Assembly (NCBI GenBank): GCA_964602505.1
Contig: CAZRRW010000002.1
Location: forward strand, 1 to 32,218
DNA: 32,218 nt
Direction of reading: 5' to 3'
From: an uncultured Burkholderiaceae bacterium
GTDB taxonomy: Bacteria > Pseudomonadota > Gammaproteobacteria > Burkholderiales > Burkholderiaceae_C
In this document: piece by piece, positions 28,935 to 32,218 of the stretch
Numbering within the stretch: position 1 is the stretch's first letter
How the letters are laid out: the number at the start of each line of letters is the position of its first letter
The notes under the pieces: model-generated
What the model was told of the DNA's origin: nothing
Seen by the model: only the letters and a program-made list of their open reading frames with translations
The model's database searches: none
Translations under genes and position numbers: made by a program

Positions 28935-28957
28935 AAAAAGCCCACCGGGGTGGGCTT
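28933..28957. terminator. Bidirectional intrinsic terminator
   Basis: AAAAAA-GCCCACC-gg-GGTGGGC-TTT lies between convergent genes, with an A tract on one side and a T tract on the other. Confidence 0.75.
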
Positions 28958-28979
28958 TGGCGTGGGTGCTGCGAGGGGC

Positions 28980-29564
28980 TTACTTCTTGGCGGGTTCGGC
29001 CTTTGCGCCCGCCTTGCCATCGGCAGCCGCCGTCTTGGGCACGGGGGCTTCGGGTTCCTTGAACTTGCCACCCGCCTTATTGGCCAGGTACACCACCGCG
29101 CGGCCGATCTCAGTGTCGCTGAAGTCGCCACCGCCTTGTGCACCCATGGTGCCCTTGCCCTTGAGGGCGCTCACCAGCAGCTTGTCGTAACCCAGCTTCA
29201 GGCGGGGGGCCCATGCGGCCGCGTCACCTGTCTTGGGGGCACCGGCGGCACCAGCGGCGTGGCAGGCCGTGCACTGCGCCTTGTAGACCTCTTCGCCGGT
29301 CTTCAGCACGCGGGGTGCGTCGGGGTCTTTCAGGTCCAGCTTGCCCACCGGGGCCAGGCGTGCGGCCACGGCCTCGGCGCTGAAGGCGTCAGAGCCTGCA
29401 GCCGGTTTGGCGTTGGAGCCCACGTAGTTGACCAGCGCGATGATCAGCACCACGGGGATGATGAACGATGCGATCACCACCGCCACAAGTTGGCCGGGGT
29501 TGCGAATAGGCCCCTGATGACGCTCAAGGACGGACTGGTCATGGTGGATTGCGGGCTCGGTCAT
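28980..29564 (-). CDS. Membrane-anchored cytochrome c5 family protein
   Basis: Heme motif CTACH, an N-terminal TM helix (LVAVVIASFIIPVVLIIALV), and a Lys/Ala/Pro-rich tail. The start was trimmed to ATG 29564; the track's 99-codon extension runs through the tRNA fragment. Confidence 0.88.
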   Translation of the reverse strand: MTEPAIHHDQSVLERHQGPIRNPGQLVAVVIASFIIPVVLIIALVNYVGSNAKPAAGSDAFSAEAVAARLAPVGKLDLKDPDAPRVLKTGEEVYKAQCTACHAAGAAGAPKTGDAAAWAPRLKLGYDKLLVSALKGKGTMGAQGGGDFSDTEIGRAVVYLANKAGGKFKEPEAPVPKTAAADGKAGAKAEPAKK

Positions 29565-29620
29565 GCTCAAACTACCGGGGAAATTTCTGGGAAAGCCCCG
29601 CAATTTTAGGGGGCGGTGCT

Positions 29621-29667
29621 TGGCGCGGCTGGCGGGGATCGAACCCACGACCCTTGGCTTCGGAGAC
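29621..29667 (-). other. 3' fragment of tRNA-Arg(CCG), from the anticodon loop to CCA; att-type remnant, not a functional tRNA
   Basis: The minus strand reads GT-CTCCGAA-GCCAA-GGGTC-GTGGG-TTCGATC-CCCGC-CAGCCGC-G-CCA. That gives an anticodon loop with CCG, the 3' anticodon stem, a variable loop, a full T arm, the 3' acceptor strand and CCA. The sequence 5' of it (tttttttcgggg) cannot form the anticodon stem, D arm or 5' acceptor. Confidence 0.8.
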
Positions 29668-30142
29668 CCCGAAAAAAAGTCGTTGCCAATCGCACCTTTC
29701 GATTGAGGATTGTGCCCTATCGGCGTAAGTCGTTGATTTGTGGACGACTTTCTATTGGGTTTGTCGCCGCCCGGAAGGTGCTCACAAGCCACAGAACAAC
29801 AAATGGCGACAACTGCGGTTTCAATCGACCAGTTCGAAGGTCCTGAAACAGTGGGGACCAATCGTCAACGGATGGGCCAAGCGGTTCGAATCCTGAAGGG
29901 CTCGCAGGGACAAACCACCCAGCCGTGGGTGCGGCGTTCGTCGAGGCAGCTTTGTGCTGTAGCGCCTGCGAGCGGTCGGGTGAAGGGGCAAATGGATAGT
30001 TCTCGGCATATCCTGAGGGAGCGGGCCTAGCGGGCTCATGTGAAGACGGAACCATTCTTTTCAGGGCGAACGCTCAAAGGGAAAAGGCACGACAGACTTT
30101 CCTTGTTGCTCTAGCGGCTTAAGCGACTGGCCAATAGATTAC

Positions 30143-30209
30143 ATCCGATATTCGGATAATTGCAATTAATCTGTTAATCAGATAAAATAAGAATATCCGT
30201 TTTTCGGAT
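30143..30209. promoter_or_regulatory. Three 15-bp palindromes (candidate HipB operators) with 26-bp spacing
   Basis: ATCCGATATTCGGAT (30143-30157), ATCTGTTAATCAGAT (30169-30183) and ATCCGTTTTTCGGAT (30195-30209). The last ends 5 nt before the hipB ATG. The ATCC-N7-GGAT pattern is close to the E. coli hipB operator TATCC-N8-GGATA. Confidence 0.7.
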
Positions 30210-30214
30210 TCGCC

Positions 30215-30502
30215 ATGCATCCTCTCCCGATTCACCCTCTGCTTACAGCCAACCAACTCGCCCAGCTACTGCGCACCGCTCGCAAACAACGCGGACTGAG
30301 TCAGGCTGAGGTCGGTGCGCGACTTGGATTGAGTCAAAACCGGGTGTCTCACCTAGAGGGGCACGCTGACCAGATCAGCGTCAAGCAGCTTTTGACCTGG
30401 TGTGCGGCGGTGGGGCTGGAGCTGTGTATCGCAGAGCGCTCACCCAGATCGCCAGACTCCACCAAGGCAAGCGCTCAGGCGAACGCGCTGACTGAGTGGT
30501 GA
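30215..30502 (+). CDS. hipB: HipB-type XRE-family antitoxin
   Basis: 95 aa. HTH LRTARKQRGLSQAEVGARLGLSQNRVSHLE. The stop lies 1 nt before the hipA ATG. Confidence 0.88.
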   Translation: MHPLPIHPLLTANQLAQLLRTARKQRGLSQAEVGARLGLSQNRVSHLEGHADQISVKQLLTWCAAVGLELCIAERSPRSPDSTKASAQANALTEW

Positions 30503-30503
30503 C

Positions 30504-31847
30504 ATGGGACGTCGCTCCAAAACCGAAACGCTAGCCTTGTGGGCCAACGGCACCTACGTCGGACGTTGGAGCGTCACGGGTCGCGGGGACATGGAGCTGC
30601 AATACGACCCCACATGGCGGGCGTCGGGCTTGGGCCGTCCTCTGTCGTTGTCATTGCCCTTCAATCTGAGGCAAGAGCCACTGAGAGGGCCTGCGGTCGA
30701 GCACTACTTCGACAACCTTCTGCCCGATAGCCCAACCATTCGCCGCCGAGTGGCTCAGCGGTTCAGGATCGGCTCGGTCGAGCCGTTCGAGCTGCTGCGG
30801 GCCGTCGGCCGAGATTGCGTTGGTGCCCTGCAGTTCTTACCCGAGGGGGTCGAGCCAGAAGGCTATGACCGAGTCGAAGGTATCGAGGTGGACGACGTGG
30901 CCATCGAGCGTCACCTGCTCAAGGTCGTGGCACCCGAGGGCTTTGGAACGGCGAGCGACGCCGACGATGACTTCCGCATCTCACTGGCGGGTGCGCAAGA
31001 AAAACACGCATTCCTGCATTGGAAGGGCCGCTGGCTCAAGCCACGCGGCGTGACACCTACGACGCACATTTTCAAAATGCCGCTTGGGCTGGTGGGTGGT
31101 CGACGGGCCGACTTCAGCACATCGGTCGACAACGAATGGCTGTGCCTGCGCTTGCTCGCGGCCTACGGACTGAGCGTGCCCAAAGCGGAAATTGCTTCTT
31201 TCGGGAAGCAGCGGGTGTTGGTGGTCGAGCGCTTTGACCGAACGGTATCTTCCGACGGCTCGCGACTTTTGCGGCTAGTGCAGGAAGACTTCTGCCAGGC
31301 CACTGGAACCTCGCCCCTGATGAAATATGAGGCCGAAGGTGGTCCCGGACTGGACGCGATGTTCACGCTGCTGCAGCAATCCATCAACGCCGAACAGGAT
31401 CTGCGGACCTTGATGGCCTCTCAAGTGCTGTTCTGGATGCTGCGAGCACCAGATGGACATGCCAAGAACTTCAGCATCCACCTGATGACCGCCGGCCGCT
31501 ACCGCCTTACGCCGCTGTACGACATCATGTCGGCATATCCCGTGATGGGCGACGGACCGAACCAATGGGCACCACGCGAACTCAAGCTGGCGATGGCCTT
31601 GGTAGGGAAAAACCGACACTACGAGGCCGATACGATCCAGCGAAGGCACTTCAACAGTACGGCCAAACGATACGGCTACGGGGAAAGCGCAGAAGCTTTG
31701 ATTCAAGAGCTGACCACGCGTACCCCAGCCGCCATCGAGCAGGTGCAGCGGGAATTGCCTATCGGCTTCTCGCAGGAGGTAGCCGATAAAGTTCTGGGCG
31801 GGCTGCAAAGTGCTGCCCAACGACTGGAAGGCATGCCCGCCGACTGA
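30504..31847 (+). CDS. hipA: HipA-family serine/threonine kinase toxin
   Basis: 447 aa. P-loop-like SLAGAQEKHAF, catalytic APDGHAKNFSI, Mg-binding LTPLYDIMS. All kinase motifs appear intact. Confidence 0.92.
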   Translation: MGRRSKTETLALWANGTYVGRWSVTGRGDMELQYDPTWRASGLGRPLSLSLPFNLRQEPLRGPAVEHYFDNLLPDSPTIRRRVAQRFRIGSVEPFELLRAVGRDCVGALQFLPEGVEPEGYDRVEGIEVDDVAIERHLLKVVAPEGFGTASDADDDFRISLAGAQEKHAFLHWKGRWLKPRGVTPTTHIFKMPLGLVGGRRADFSTSVDNEWLCLRLLAAYGLSVPKAEIASFGKQRVLVVERFDRTVSSDGSRLLRLVQEDFCQATGTSPLMKYEAEGGPGLDAMFTLLQQSINAEQDLRTLMASQVLFWMLRAPDGHAKNFSIHLMTAGRYRLTPLYDIMSAYPVMGDGPNQWAPRELKLAMALVGKNRHYEADTIQRRHFNSTAKRYGYGESAEALIQELTTRTPAAIEQVQRELPIGFSQEVADKVLGGLQSAAQRLEGMPAD

Positions 31848-32218
31848 GCATTCACCCGTAGTCTCCTAAGCCCAAACTGCCGAATCCAGGAAACTTGCCA
31901 AACGTCACGGCTCGTTCCCGGTGAGGTGGGACACGTCCGAAGATCCAGACTGGCATCTGTTGAAAAAGTACAACACCCATCTGTTTACGCAGCGCCGTAC
32001 TGGTGTAAAAACCTGCTGAAGAGATAGCTCGTCTCTCAAAACAACGCAGCAATAGGTCGCAAGACGTCACATCCAAGCAGGGCTCACACCGTCCTCGCTA
32101 GAGTGGAGCCCCCTGTGCTCCGGGCAGTCGGATACCGACAGGCACTGAGTGCCAAAGCCCTTCCTGTTGATTCATTTCCAATCTTGAGCCATTTTTAGCA
32201 GCATTCACGTCCAAATTT

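Larger units (their letters stand above)
29668..32218. mobile_element. Distal end of a putative tRNA-Arg-integrated genomic island (continues beyond the window)
   Basis: It starts exactly where tRNA homology stops. GC is visibly lower, with AT-rich tracts. It carries a hipBA toxin-antitoxin module. No integrase or intact tRNA is in the window. Confidence 0.5.

Noticed and set aside
29883-29893. T-loop-like GGTTCGAATCC, suggesting another tRNA.
   Set aside because: The flanks form only a 2-bp T stem. No acceptor, D or anticodon arms can be drawn.
29717-30055. Overlapping ORFs of 112, 96 and 72 aa just inside the island.
   Set aside because: They mutually overlap on opposite strands, have no RBS, and have a Pro/Ser/Arg-rich composition that does not look protein-like. 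They are treated as non-coding; see the corresponding finding.
31852-32076. 74-aa ORF on the minus strand downstream of hipA.
   Set aside because: It has no RBS and no recognisable similarity, and it is short. The region is left unannotated.

Overview
This is a high-GC chromosomal window that looks Burkholderiales/Comamonadaceae-like; that assignment is an inference from composition and gene content only. Almost all of it is recognisable core metabolism.

Gene content, left to right:
- A 5'-truncated ORF6N-domain gene.
- A 7-gene minus-strand operon: family-5 substrate-binding protein, 2 permeases, 2 ATPases, a hydantoin-racemase-like enzyme and an amidase-signature enzyme.
- recA-recX, with a CTGT-N8-ACAG SOS box.
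- A Tat-signal PhoD phosphatase.
- A fasciclin gene divergent from a TetR regulator, with an 18-bp perfect palindrome between them.
- GTP-dependent PEP carboxykinase.
- A form-II-type (AYRGAGR motif, S-L-M order) CO-dehydrogenase-like molybdo-flavoenzyme cluster with MoxR/VWA/CoxG/XdhC accessory genes.
- A crotonase gene broken by a 1-nt frameshift.
- A lower-GC islet with a 69-aa ORF and a ~220-nt long imperfect hairpin that ends in an intrinsic terminator.
- FMN reductase-OsmC, purU, an NTF2-like gene, a YheT-like hydrolase, a conserved hypothetical gene and cytochrome c5.
- A 47-nt 3' fragment of tRNA-Arg(CCG), marking the junction with a lower-GC island. The island carries hipBA, preceded by three 15-bp palindromes spaced exactly 26 bp apart.

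I do not see a convincing new multi-gene protein system. The least-explained items are:
- the long hairpin/terminator element at 24452-24673, which I could not assign to any RNA family or repeat class;
- the ~550 bp without a credible ORF just inside the island junction;
- the unassigned substrates of the form-II CODH-like cluster and of the racemase/amidase/ABC operon.

Many long ORFs in the six-frame track are GC-driven antisense artefacts and were not called.
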